Positions 53,601 to 64,000 of a stretch of 64,000 bases of DNA are shown here, in pieces. The stretch is from assembly GCA_036172245.1 (NCBI GenBank), contig JAYWIR010000001.1:2604001-2668000 (forward strand), given 5' to 3'. The notes beneath the pieces were generated by a model. The model made no database searches and was not told the DNA's origin. It saw only the letters and a program-made list of their open reading frames with translations. Source of the DNA: Raillietiella orientalis. Taxonomy: Eukaryota. Both the position numbers and the translations under genes were made by a program. Positions within the stretch are counted from its first letter, which is position 1, and each line of letters starts with the position of its first letter.

Positions 53601-56600
53601 TAACAATCGATATGTCTCCGCAGAAGCAGCAGCTTTTCACAATGTGGCCTGCAGGTTTGCTGTATCTCGAGGCGAGAATAAAAAAAAAAGTTCCGATGTC
53701 GCCAGCTGAGAGAGGTCAAGATCAGCTTAGGATCGGAGAACAATGGCACCTGAAGCAGCTACAGAGTTCCCAAGTTCTTCTAGGCTCTGGAAATTCCTGC
53801 CAAGTTTCTCTCTTTTTCGAAGGAGTGAGCGGAAAGAGATGAGAGCTCTGTGAGCAGTGGTTTCACAGTTTGCTATCTGAGAACTGATGGCTGCTGCTGA
53901 TGATGATGGGAAGGGGACAAGCGCTTCTGCGAGGTGAGAGCGTTGACCAAGACGAACATTTTCGAATAGTGGCTGACCCCATTTTATCTGATTAGGAGCT
54001 GTCACCCTTCCATGAGAGTTATCGTGTCAAAGGAGAGAACTCGTGCTTGGATTCATGAAATTCCCTCAGGCACTTTCCTGTGCCATCACAAAAATCATTT
54101 CCAGGCGCAGGAATCATTGCCATTTCATCTCACGCGCTCTCAAGTCTGTGAGGATGAAAATCCTGTTATGTCAGGATCCACTGAGCTGGTAATTTCTCCC
54201 ATCAAGTTCTCATGGGCCGCACATCGGAGACGAAATTCTGGGAGCACCTGCTCAGCTCCTGCCACAGAGAGCCCACGGTGCTCCACTCCATGCTGGCAGA
54301 ATCTTGAGTAACAGAAGGGAGTTCACTGGGATGAGACAAAGGTGAGATGCGGACAACAGTTGGCTCCATTTCCAGGGTATCCAACGGTCAAGGAGCAGGC
54401 ATCTCGACCGCTATCGTGCCGAGCAGCTTGGGTTGGTGGCTTTTCTGGAACTCGAGGTCCAGCGGTGCTACCAAAGAGTTGCTCAGTCTGAGTGCCTCAG
54501 GCGGCATGCGCTTTCACTGCTAGGGAGAGTCGCGACGCTCCTGGGAATCGGCGCTCACGCTTTCCAGGCTGAAGGCTCCACATTTTTATCCCACTCGTTT
54601 CGTTACTCTCTTCCACACACTCTTCCTCACCTCTCTCTCTTTCCCTACCCTCTTCCCCCCCTCTCTCTCCAAACCTATGCTTCCCGTTTGTCTCGCTTTG
54701 CTTTGGCCTCCTAAATTTAGTGTTCGTCTAGGAATTCCCGATTCGCATCCAGGAGAGAAACCTGTCTCTTGGAATCTGAGTATCTGCTCGCTGATCCAGT
54801 CCTTGTGGCATCCAGAAATTGGAGCCTCGGAAGAGGCCACGCTGGTCCGAAGGTTTAGGGGAGCTGCTGTAAGATCATCTCCGGTGTTCATTTTCGGTCT
54901 CCCCGTGATACACGCGGAAGCATGAAAGAACATGTGATTCCCCCCCTCCTTCCCGCTTCGTTTCGCGAAGTGCCGGCAAAGAGTCGAGCAGTGAAGGAGT
55001 GCAGAATTTTAAAAATAACCCACAGATCAGGTTGATCGATGTTATTGCCCTGCTTTTTTGGAAAGAAGGATAAACCATGACGAGTCTTACGGAAAGGATC
55101 GTGTGAATGGCCCGAATCCTCTCTCGTAGCTCGGTGTCAAGGAAGATGGTTTCATGGAGATGTGCTCCCTTACATGGTGAGGGTGACGGGGTCAGGTCAA
55201 GTTAAAGAGCGCTGCTGCTAAGAGGAGCAGGTGTTAAGAAAAAGCAGAGGTTCAAGTGGCGCAGATGAAGCGCCAATGCCAAGCAAGCTTTTTGGGAGGT
55301 GGAAAAGTAGGAAGCTGGGGAAAGAAAGCGGATGTAAGCTTCGTGGAGTTCCAGGAAACAACCCGTGCACAACAGGAAGGGAAAGCCGAGAAGCTATGAT
55401 GCAGAGGACTCAGAGGATGCAGCTTTAAAAATCGGAAGCAACGGATCAGGAAGCCAAGTTCTTCCAGGGAGAGAAGAGCATCAAGCTTGAAGGCGAGCTG
55501 GACGAAAAGCGCCCAACCATGCGGCAGAGCGACGCAATCTCGTGCAGGACGGCATCAGAAGAGATTTCCAGTAGCCAGGCAGAAGGAGCCAAGCTGAGGA
55601 TCATTACAGAACGAAAAGCCGCTCGAGAGAAGCAAAACGAGAAGATGGGGGATGCTCGCTGAGGCAGATACGAACGCTGCCACTTCGATCCTACATCTCG
55701 TTCCGATTGGCTGAAATCTCATGATGAGATGGATCTCCATCCCAACGAGTAGGCTCAGAGTGCACATATCGAACTCAGGAAACACTCGCTCGTTGCTTTC
55801 GCTCCGGCTTCCCAAGAGGTAGTCAAGCGGCCCCTCTCCTGAAGCGGAGCAATGTAGTTGACCATGGCGGTTCAGGCGACCCTACGTTAGAGGTGAAAAG
55901 GCCACTCACAGGATCAGTCTTCTGCCTCAAGTACTCAAAGATAGATTACTTCGCTGCACCACTGGATTCTGACCAGTGCAGCAGCAAAGTACTTAAGAAA
56001 TCATCAAAGCCTCAGCAGTCTCTTCTGGAGCCAGCTAGAGGACAATGAAGTCATCACGATCCTCTAGCTGCCAGCTGAATTCTCTAGCTGAATTCTCCTC
56101 TTTAGAAAGAACACCCGAAAGGAAGAAGCACTCATGATGTTTTCGCTCCCGCCTCTGAGTGATCGGGAGCGAAAACATCATGAGAGGCCCTCTCTTCCTT
56201 ATGAAACGTCCAGAACCCTGTTAGAAGAATCCTGCAGCTGGAAGATGGAGATCTGCTTGAACTGGCTTGAAATCTGCCTATTCGAAGATGCCTCTGGAGT
56301 GGCGCGCTGCCACGCATGACCGTGCTACAAGGAAACGTCGAAAGCTTGCTCAGAGGAAAGTCATTGGTGCTGAAGACCAGATGCGTGTTAATCATCCGTC
56401 GCTAGAGAAGGGAATCGATCATCTCAGGAGCATCCGCCACCCGTCCTCGTCGTTTCGGACTCTTCAGCCAACGCACCGGACTATCGTAAATCCATTTCCA
56501 GCTCCCTCCTCTGTCTTCGGTTCAGAGAAGAGTCTGCACGCGGAGCACGGGAGGCGCTCGGGTTCCCGCTCTCGCGAGCACCCGGAATGACGGAAATTTC

Positions 56601-59600
56601 ATCTCTTCCAGGCGCCAGCACTCCTGCAGTGCTCTGTGTCCTCTCGGCGTGCTGCTCCTAGAAGAATGACTTGCGGGCTGACGTTAGGGGGATCGTGTCT
56701 TGAGGGAGATCCCCTCCGTCTGCATGCAGTCACTCTGTCAGCCTTCCCAGATTCCATCTGCACGGGTCTTCTTGTTTGCTAACTGCGCCTCTCGTTCCCC
56801 CGGACAACGACGGCGGCGTGACGGACCTGCCGAGCGCGGCGCAGCCACTTGGGTGCGCAGCGGCGAATTCCCGGAAGTATCAGCCGGTGCAGGGAGTCTC
56901 GTCAACTCGGTCGCGCGCCACCACTCCACATTCGGAGCGATCTCCAGGGCAACAGAGCCGCCTCAGTCCCGCGAGGAGCAGATCTCCTCTTCCGCAGTTC
57001 CCGAATCCTGGTTCTCCTCTCTCTAACACCCATTTCAAAGGCTCTTCAGCTGCTGCTGCGCGCCTGAGCTGGGAGTGGGAGACTAGAGGCGCCTTACTTC
57101 TCCGTCTTCGAAATGCCGACCATTTTGAGATTTCAGTTTTCTTCTTCTCCTTCTACTTCCTCCCTTCCTCCTTCCCTTCTCCGTGCAGTGGATCATCCCG
57201 TTTTCGCGCATTCCTGAATGAACTCCGGAAAGCACCCCTGGGTTTTTCCTTCAAAATTTCATTTTCTAAATTTCATTTAACAAGGATTCTTCTTCTTCTC
57301 GTCCCAGATTTTTCATCATCCCTTAATTAAAAATTCGTCCATGTGGCAGATTACTGATGGATGTTTGTCTAATGGGATGAACCCGAAGGCCCTGACTAAA
57401 GGATGGCGTTGCGTGCACGGGGTGCGAGTGGATTTTTGACAGAACGGAGGGGGGAGGGAAGAAGGAGGGGACGGGAGGACTGATGGAGCGGGGCCGTGAA
57501 GGAGGCAGAGGCCCAGACTCCTCCTCGTTTCCACCCGCACGTGCGGAAGGCGCGCGCGCGGGGTGCCGCCAGCGGAGCGCAGAGACTTCCCTCGGGTGCC
57601 GCTCACGAGATCGACCGCGTGGTTCAGTGCTGGATGGGAGGAGGGTGCGCCGCTCCGTTTCCGTGAACGTGGTGGGGGTGTCCAAACCGATAGGGGGCAG
57701 AACGACTCCTAATGTTCAGGGCAATTCCCGAGAATTCCTGAGGGAAAGGGAGACGTCCGGTCATCCAGTCGATCTACTCCGGAATGGAAACTTTGCCAGC
57801 ATTCGGGCGCTGCTTTCCCGGATGCGGGCACGGAAGGACGCCACCGCAGGCAAACGGAAGTGGAAAGAGAGGCGGAAAGAGAAAATCAGAAGTTTCCTCG
57901 TTCTATTTTCCTTATTTTCCTCTGAGGGAAAAAATGTGTCTCATTCCTCCATTGTGCATGCGTGCTTTCCTGTGTGTGCGTGCGTGTTCGCGCCGGATAC
58001 CCACGCTCCTGCATTGATTAATCCGGACAGAAACGCTCAACCCTTTCTTCGCACACGACGGATGAATTAATGAGGAGAAGATGCACCTTCGAGAGCATCG
58101 TCGCAATCTTCCGCTGTGTGCTGATGATTTGCAGCGCTCTTCCGTGGAACCCCGCAGCTTTGGTTGCAGTGGCGTTCCGCAAACTGGAGCCACCATCCAA
58201 AGTGCTGACCATCTATTGCTGATCTTTTCCCTCTCGGGATCTCCCGATCTTTAGGCTAAGAAAAAGTCCCTAGGAACCGTAGCTGCTGGATGCAGCCCGT
58301 GGGAGGAAAGCCTCCGTTTTCTTGAGGAAAAGTGACCTTTGCGTGGAAACACGCTGTGCACGCTCATAAACACTGGAAGTGTGAGAACCTGAGCGAAACG
58401 TAGCAACCTCTTACGATTGGCTTTCGAAGAGTGGTCCACGGGCCACTCTTCGAGGATGCAGTCACGAGAAAAACAGAAAGTCGGAATTCTCGTCTGGAGA
58501 TGCAGGGCTGCAGAACTATCTCGAAGCAGCTTCTTGGAAGCTTTGCTCCTGGTCATCGAGTCTCCATCACGGTGAACCTTCTTCCTGAATTCCATTTCCA
58601 GTCATCGCTAAGTTTGCCTGTGGGTTCACTGGAAGCTGAAAGCAGGAGCTCTTGCGAAGCTGAGCGAACGCTCCTGCAGTGAGACTCAATCCACGTATGT
58701 GCCATTTCTGTGCGGCAGCTTTCGCGAGGGACTGGTGCATACGAGGATATTTTCGTAAGAGAACCAGCATTGCTGAAAGAATCCACTTCGCTGAAGGATC
58801 GAAGAGGGAGCAGAGCTCTCATTCCCTTACACCAGAATCACATGTGCCTAAGGGAACCGCAGAAGTCTGGAGGCGAATGCCTTCTTCCCGACTGAATTCC
58901 AAGCGAACAGACGACATGTCGAACCCTTTTTCTTTTCGGAGGAGGTACGGAGAAAAAACAAGAAGGAAAAATCGAAAATTTCGAATTATCCAGTGCCGGA
59001 TGATGACTCATCTCTGGGACAGCTGATCGCTGAGGTGTATCCCGTATGCGTCCAGACTACAGACATGAAATCGGAGCCTGAGGGAATTTTCATTCTTGAG
59101 ATGCATTCACAAGTTGGAGCTCTCTTGGAAAACGAAAACTGTGAATCAACTGAATTCTTCTTTCGGTTCTCATGGAGGTTACGAGGTGTATTGTGGAGCT
59201 TTCGGGCTGTTCTCCGAGGAGTGCTTCGGGAAAGAACCACCACGCTTGGATCCACTTCGCCGTCGTCCCCTTTAAAATCTCAACCAAGATAAAGCCAGAC
59301 GCGGATATTCATACAGGCACTTTTCCTGCTCGTTCCAGTGCTTTGCTTTCCGGTATTTCTGTGATGAGGACCATGGAAGAAGGCGGTTTCCATAACCTTT
59401 CGAGATGATCGTGTGAAATTGTCATCTCAACTACGAGAGGGCTGTGAGCCCGATCAGCCAGGAACGCTGGAGCTTCCTTCCATTATTTTCCTTAGCTACC
59501 AACAGTCAGCTGCTCACGCATCCACTCTGTAGCAGAAGCGGTATCGACTGGTCGCTTGAGGCCCACCCGAAAAACTCAACATGCTCCAGAGCGGGCTAAT

Positions 59601-61664
59601 CAGACAGTTTAAAGGGATGGACATTTTAGGATGGAGGTTGCGAAGAGAATCCCCAGGAATCTCCAGAGTCCCTATGCGGAATCCAGGCAACGCTCGTTTT
59701 CCTTGCAGCTACATTTAGTACGTGTGCACCAAGATCCCCACCTTCGGGTCGTTTTCTGCTCCTCACAGCTTCAGTAGAGGACACGAGGCCGCTGCACGCC
59801 TTCATTTTCCAGCAGTCTCCGTACAGCGGTGATCAAAGACAGCGGCAGTGCCGAGAAAGGCGTCAGGATAGTCGCATGGAGCCAACTGGATTTTCCCACT
59901 TAAGGAGACTGCTCGAAGTCGGCCACCACCACCCCAAAAATAAAGTCTCAGGAGCTCACTGGCTCCCTGATCTCTTCAGGATCGTCACTGGCCAGATCCT
60001 CACTGGATCGCATTTAAACCCCTGCCCTTTGCTGAGTTCCTCACTTGGATTTGCGGGCAAAGGGAAGGCGAGCACTCCATGCGCTGGACCAGAAACATCA
60101 CTTCTCCCTGCAAGAGCCCCAAAGACTCCACCCGTCTTCTCTCATCTTATGACGCTTCAGCATGCCGTCTTTGGCTACTGTCACTCTTAGGTTTGCCCCA
60201 ACCTCGGTTTTGCAGCTCACAGAGATACTTGCAAGTGCACCGTCCCTTTCTTCCTCAACGACCACTTCAAGCTTCGGTCCCACCCTCTGCACATCTCCTT
60301 GCCTTGCTTCTTCTTCCTCGTACAGCATGGAAGGTCCTGCAGCAGTAGCTGCTACTTTCTAACAGTGCGGAAAAGATGAGTGTTCCTTCTCTGTGAAAGG
60401 CGTGACGAAGATCGACAGGCGGATGCCGATCTCTTAACAATGTGGACCGGATGAAAACAGCCTGTGTTGACGACAACCGATCCTTGACCCCTGCCTGTGT
60501 CTGATTCGATGGAAATCATTGTTCCAAGCCACTCGGAGGAGGGAGGGAGCTTAAGCACCACGGCGGGCTCGAGCGTCGCTGATTGCCTTCTACAGCGCAC
60601 CCACTCTACAATAGGGTTGATTTGAGCTCCGCGCCTACAACGTCCTCGAGGATGCTTCCTTCCTCCGCATCCTGCCTCTCTCAGCCTGTGGCATGTACCG
60701 CGACGTCGATCCCAGAGCCACAAGCGCTCAGAGATAGATAGTTTGGGGATCCCAAACTTCATCCTCGGCCAAACCGAATGCGCGTTACCACCAGAGCGCA
60801 GGGAGATGAGTGGACTGGCGTGACCGCGGGAGGAGCAGGATGAATGCCAAGAAGGACGACAGGAGGCACGTGGTGGCTCTCTCGGGAGAGCCATCGGCAA
60901 GGGAGAAGGGAGGGAAGGGAGATTGCGGTGCCGGTTCCGAGGAGGGAGGATGTCTCCAAGAAGGAGCGCCCGCGAGTCTGCACCTCCACCTCCTCCATCC
61001 TGTCCATGGAGAAGGCGCGCAGCTGCGGTGCGGAAGGAATGGGGCGAACTCCTTCCCAGGAGCAGGGAGTGCGGCGTCTGAGGGAAGGGAAGAAGCGCGC
61101 GCCGCTTTCAAGGAAGGTCGGGGACTCAGCAGCGGCCGGACGCACCCCGCCTGCCACAGCGCGGGATGAATCCCGAGCTCTTCCCTCCCCTCCGCACGTC
61201 CCTTTGAGTCCTCTTCCCGAGAGGAGGAGGGAGAGAAGAAGGGAGGGGGACAGAGAGAAAGAGAAAGAGGGAAGGGGGGAATTGGCCTACCTAGGACTCC
61301 GGGGACGCAAGATGGCTCCTCGTGAGCGTACTTCACGTGGTCCACGAGGGCATCCGTCGTCAAGAAGAACTTGCTGCAGATCGGGCATGAGTGGGCGTCG
61401 GGGCCCCCGATGAGGGCGGCATGCTTCTGTGGAAGGAGGAGGTTGTGCAAGGAGGAGCAGGAAGGGGGAGGGGGCGTACCTTGGACACGTGGGTGCGCAG
61501 ACTGGACTCCGTGGCGAATCCTTTACCGCAGACATTGCAGTGGAAGGGGCGGTTCCTGGCCCTCTCGATCTGCGCGTCGTGGTTCCGGAGGTGCTGCTGG
61601 AGATTGCTCAGCTGGATAAAGGCCCTTCCGCACTCTGCGAGATGGCACTTGTAGGGGCGTTCAC
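46865..61664 (-). CDS. dati: C2H2 zinc-finger transcription factor, datilografo (CG2052; LIN-29/rotund family) ortholog, 3' part in 4 exons; N-terminal exons beyond right edge
   Basis: Exons 61480-61664, 61291-61426, 47807-48004 and 46865-47646 join with GT-AG introns and matching phases. Motifs [103 protein letters not shown] match my recollection of Drosophila dati. Confidence 0.85.
47807..48004 (-). CDS. dati: dati-like exon (finger plus half finger)
   Basis: [30 protein letters not shown]...[14 protein letters not shown]; pyrimidine-rich acceptor, donor G|GTAAGG. Confidence 0.92.
50382..51021 (-). pseudogene. fmt: Bacterial methionyl-tRNA formyltransferase pseudogene, Wolbachia/Anaplasmataceae-like, 3'-truncated
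   Basis: (ACG)[11 protein letters not shown]...[10 protein letters not shown] /frameshift/ [16 protein letters not shown]...[31 protein letters not shown] /frameshift/ [19 protein letters not shown]...SGPVLKQE...LHGKLSALG...YADK. No introns; start codon lost, in-frame TGA at 50847-50849, several frameshifts. Confidence 0.92.
51049..51245 (-). pseudogene. rplT: Bacterial 50S ribosomal protein L20 pseudogene, C-terminal half
   Basis: [13 protein letters not shown] /5-nt insertion/ [17 protein letters not shown] /deletion, [31 protein letters not shown]; stop lies 27 nt before the fmt start on the same strand. Confidence 0.88.
52075..52400 (+). pseudogene. Possible heavily decayed alphaproteobacterial FtsQ (POTRA region) fragment
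   Basis: Across one frameshift reads [31 protein letters not shown], reminiscent of the FtsQ pattern W(I/V)K.A.V.R.LPNTL.I.I.ER.P.A.WQ; resemblance by eye only. Confidence 0.3.
61291..61426 (-). CDS. dati: dati-like exon (one finger); NAGNAG acceptor CAG AAG
   Basis: [35 protein letters not shown]; follows a 53-nt intron; donor G|GTAGGC. Confidence 0.9.
61480..61664 (-). CDS. dati: dati-like exon (two C2H2 fingers)
   Basis: [62 protein letters not shown]; acceptor ctcag, donor AAG|GTACGC. Confidence 0.93.
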
Positions 61665-64000
61665 CTGAGCAGCACCACAAGAGATTGCAACTGAGGGGTG
61701 GACGGAGGGGACGGACGCGGTGCGGCGCGCGCGCGTGCGTGCTGGTCCTCCTCATGAGCTCCCTCCCCATCCGAGAGGCGTCCTGGGATGAGGAGAAAGG
61801 AGTGAAGGAAGACCTTCGAGACTGCTGCTATCGCTTTCATGGGCGGAGCCGATCCTTTTTAGATGGAAGATGGTGGTGGAGGTGTGTGTGTGTGCGTGGG
61901 TGGGTGGATGGATGGGGGCAGCAATAACCACCATTCAGAAGAGGAAGGCCTCACGAGAGGGATGGTAGCACCGGAGATGGCGAGGAGGTCGGCCACTCGT
62001 GTGGGAGCACACTCGGAGAAGGAGATCCTCCCGTCTCGCGGTTCCGTGGAACCCCAAACGCCTCCGCGATCCTCATACCTCCCCCCTTTTTTTTCTCTCT
62101 CTCCACTTGTCCCAGCATGGCCTGTGTGCACTCTGACTTTTCAAACTCCCTTCCCGTGCTTGGGACAGGTGACGGGTGAGGCAGGATGGGGTCATTTGCA
62201 CGCGGCCGAGGTGCTTCTGGCTACGCAGCGCTTCTGCAAGCGAGCAGCAGACCCCATAGCCGTGGAGACGAGTGAGCAGCTGCTCACCACAGAGAACCCC
62301 TCAGTGAGCTCCTCGAGAGCCACTTCGATGGTTTGAGGCTTCGTGGTGCAGTTTGCACATGTGCCGAGCTGCTGGACGCTCAATGAACGACACGGTGACT
62401 CAAGCACAGCTGCCGATGCATCTCTCTTTTTTTTTCTCTCCTCTCCTACCTTGCAGGCGTGTAAGTCAACCGAGAAATGCACAGATGACGTCATGAGAGC
62501 TGGTGGCAGGCGTTGCCACCAGCTCTCTCGTGTATTCACGCAAGCGAAGTTCCACGATTCATCCCGTGGATCCGTCAGGAGCGGGCACGTGACCGCGAAC
62601 TCCCGGGAACATCCCACTGCAATGCACGCTCCAAGCTGAGTTTGCGCGTCTCCAGGCAGCATCGTCCCCAGATGGGGGTGCGCACGAGGAGCTGCTGCAA
62701 ATCCAGCGCATCTCTAGCAGCGCTGCACCGGGTTGCGCAGAACCAAAGGGGGCTGGATACTCCCCCGAAGGGAGGGGGAGAGTGGGAGCCGAAGGAAGCG
62801 CGTCAGCAGGAGTTCCCCTTCATCCTTTCCTAGGAGAGCATTTGAACACTCTGAGGACTTAAGAAACTACTCATTTTGCGGAAAGGAGCACGCAGAGAGC
62901 TCGGACTTGCGCACTCCACCCTCTTCCGCCTCGCGAGCCGAAAACAAAGGTCGGAAGGTGTAGGAAAGGGAATGCGTCCTTCACCGACCTGACTCTACTA
63001 AGGTTGCTGACGACACTTTTTGGAACCTCTCGATAGAGAGGGAATTCCAAGTACTCGTCTTGGCCTGCTCCCTTTCGAGTAGGCCACACCTGGTTTTATG
63101 ATGCAAATGGTCCATTGTTCCTGTGAACAAAAGCGTTCCTCTCTTTCAATAGTTGGCCTGGAATTGAAATTTCCTTTCCGCCTTTTGTCTTGGCTGAGGT
63201 CCTTGGTATGGGTCGTGCGTGGTGCAAAGTCGTGTTGTCCCCCTCTTTTGAAAGTCACCAAGCTGCACGGCTCGACTGCCCCTACTCCTTTCGCTTCCAA
63301 GCAGCACTGTGTGAAGCGCAGCTCGCTTTGAAGGGCTCGTTTCCCTTTTGCAAGAGGGTCACTCGAAAACTTCGAAATGGATTCGGGGGAGATGCTATTG
63401 CTGCAGCCCCATCCGTTCCCACGGCTCGTCCCACCAAGGGTGTGCTAGTCCTTCCTGTAGATGCATCGTCTTCCCTCCTTCCCATTTTTTCGAGGGAAAC
63501 ACCGGCGTGTTCCTCTTTCCACGAGTGCCCTGCGTGCTTTTTTCAATCCTTCGCAGATTTCGACCTGGAACCTTCTGGTGTTTTTCCAGTCCTGACGCAA
63601 GATTGCACGTCTTCAAAGATCCCTTGATGAAGCGTGTTCTTTCTTGATCCAGTGTCTCGCTCCTGATGTTGAGGAATAGCGAGGGGGGCTGGGGGTAGGT
63701 TCTGCAGCAGCTTCGAAACCCCACTTAACGAGGCGCAGCCACAGCAACATGTAAAGATGCTGCTACGCCAGAATCTGAACTTCGCACTCTCGTGGCAACC
63801 GTTACCGGAATTCTTTCTCTCTGATTCCGTCTCCGAAGAGTGATGCCGTTACTTTAGTGAAAACTTTCATAGAGTTGGTTGAAGGGTTTTTCTGAATTTC
63901 TGTTGCGCCGGGACATCTCGATCCATGTGCTACGATTTTCATAAGGATTGGAAGCAGGGAAGTGCCAAATCTGATGGACTGACGCGATAGAAACGAACAA

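Noticed and set aside
55230-55310. KKKQRFKW...KQAF, resembling an LTR-element RT/RNase H connector
   Set aside because: Too short and interrupted; no other pol motifs or LTRs seen.
60785-61290. Read-through of the ORF past the dati exon donor at 61291
   Set aside because: It becomes low-complexity after a good donor whose phase matches the acceptor at 48004.
63060-63300. Weak NDK-like (TICIIKP) and L4-like snippets
   Set aside because: Similarity does not extend beyond a few residues.
38000-64000. Numerous overlapping 100-300 aa ORFs (e.g. 39179-40078, 45640-46398, 48764-49681)
   Set aside because: They are R/P/S/G-rich, present in all frames and have no recognisable domains, as expected from stop-codon scarcity at high GC.
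1-64000. tRNA, rRNA or intact transposons
   Set aside because: No cloverleaf, rRNA signature, paired TIR/LTR with TSD or intact transposase recognised by eye; small ncRNAs could have been missed.

Overview
This is eukaryotic (probably arthropod) nuclear DNA with two compositionally distinct halves, and both host genes lie on the minus strand. (1) About 1-35 kb is AT-rich and CpG-depleted. It holds the first 37 coding exons (about 2,184 codons, hand-spliced with consistent phases) of a WDFY3/Alfy/blue cheese-type BEACH-family gene, which starts at 32982 and runs off the left edge. (2) About 36-64 kb is CpG-rich and increasingly GC-rich. It holds the last four coding exons of a C2H2 zinc-finger gene matching datilografo (dati; LIN-29/rotund family), whose 5' exons lie beyond the right edge. 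The main unexpected signal is a decayed bacterial operon fragment, rplT followed by fmt and Wolbachia-like, at about 50.4-51.25 kb inside the 13.3-kb dati intron; its substitutions look AT-to-GC biased. Further candidates are an ftsQ-like remnant nearby (low confidence), a ~155-bp ND5-like mitochondrial insert at 43.2 kb, a sharp CpG boundary near the WDFY3 5' end, very short introns and intronic palindromes. All homology calls rest on my recollection of the protein families, not on database searches. Most ORFs in the supplied track beyond 38 kb appear to be by-products of high GC.
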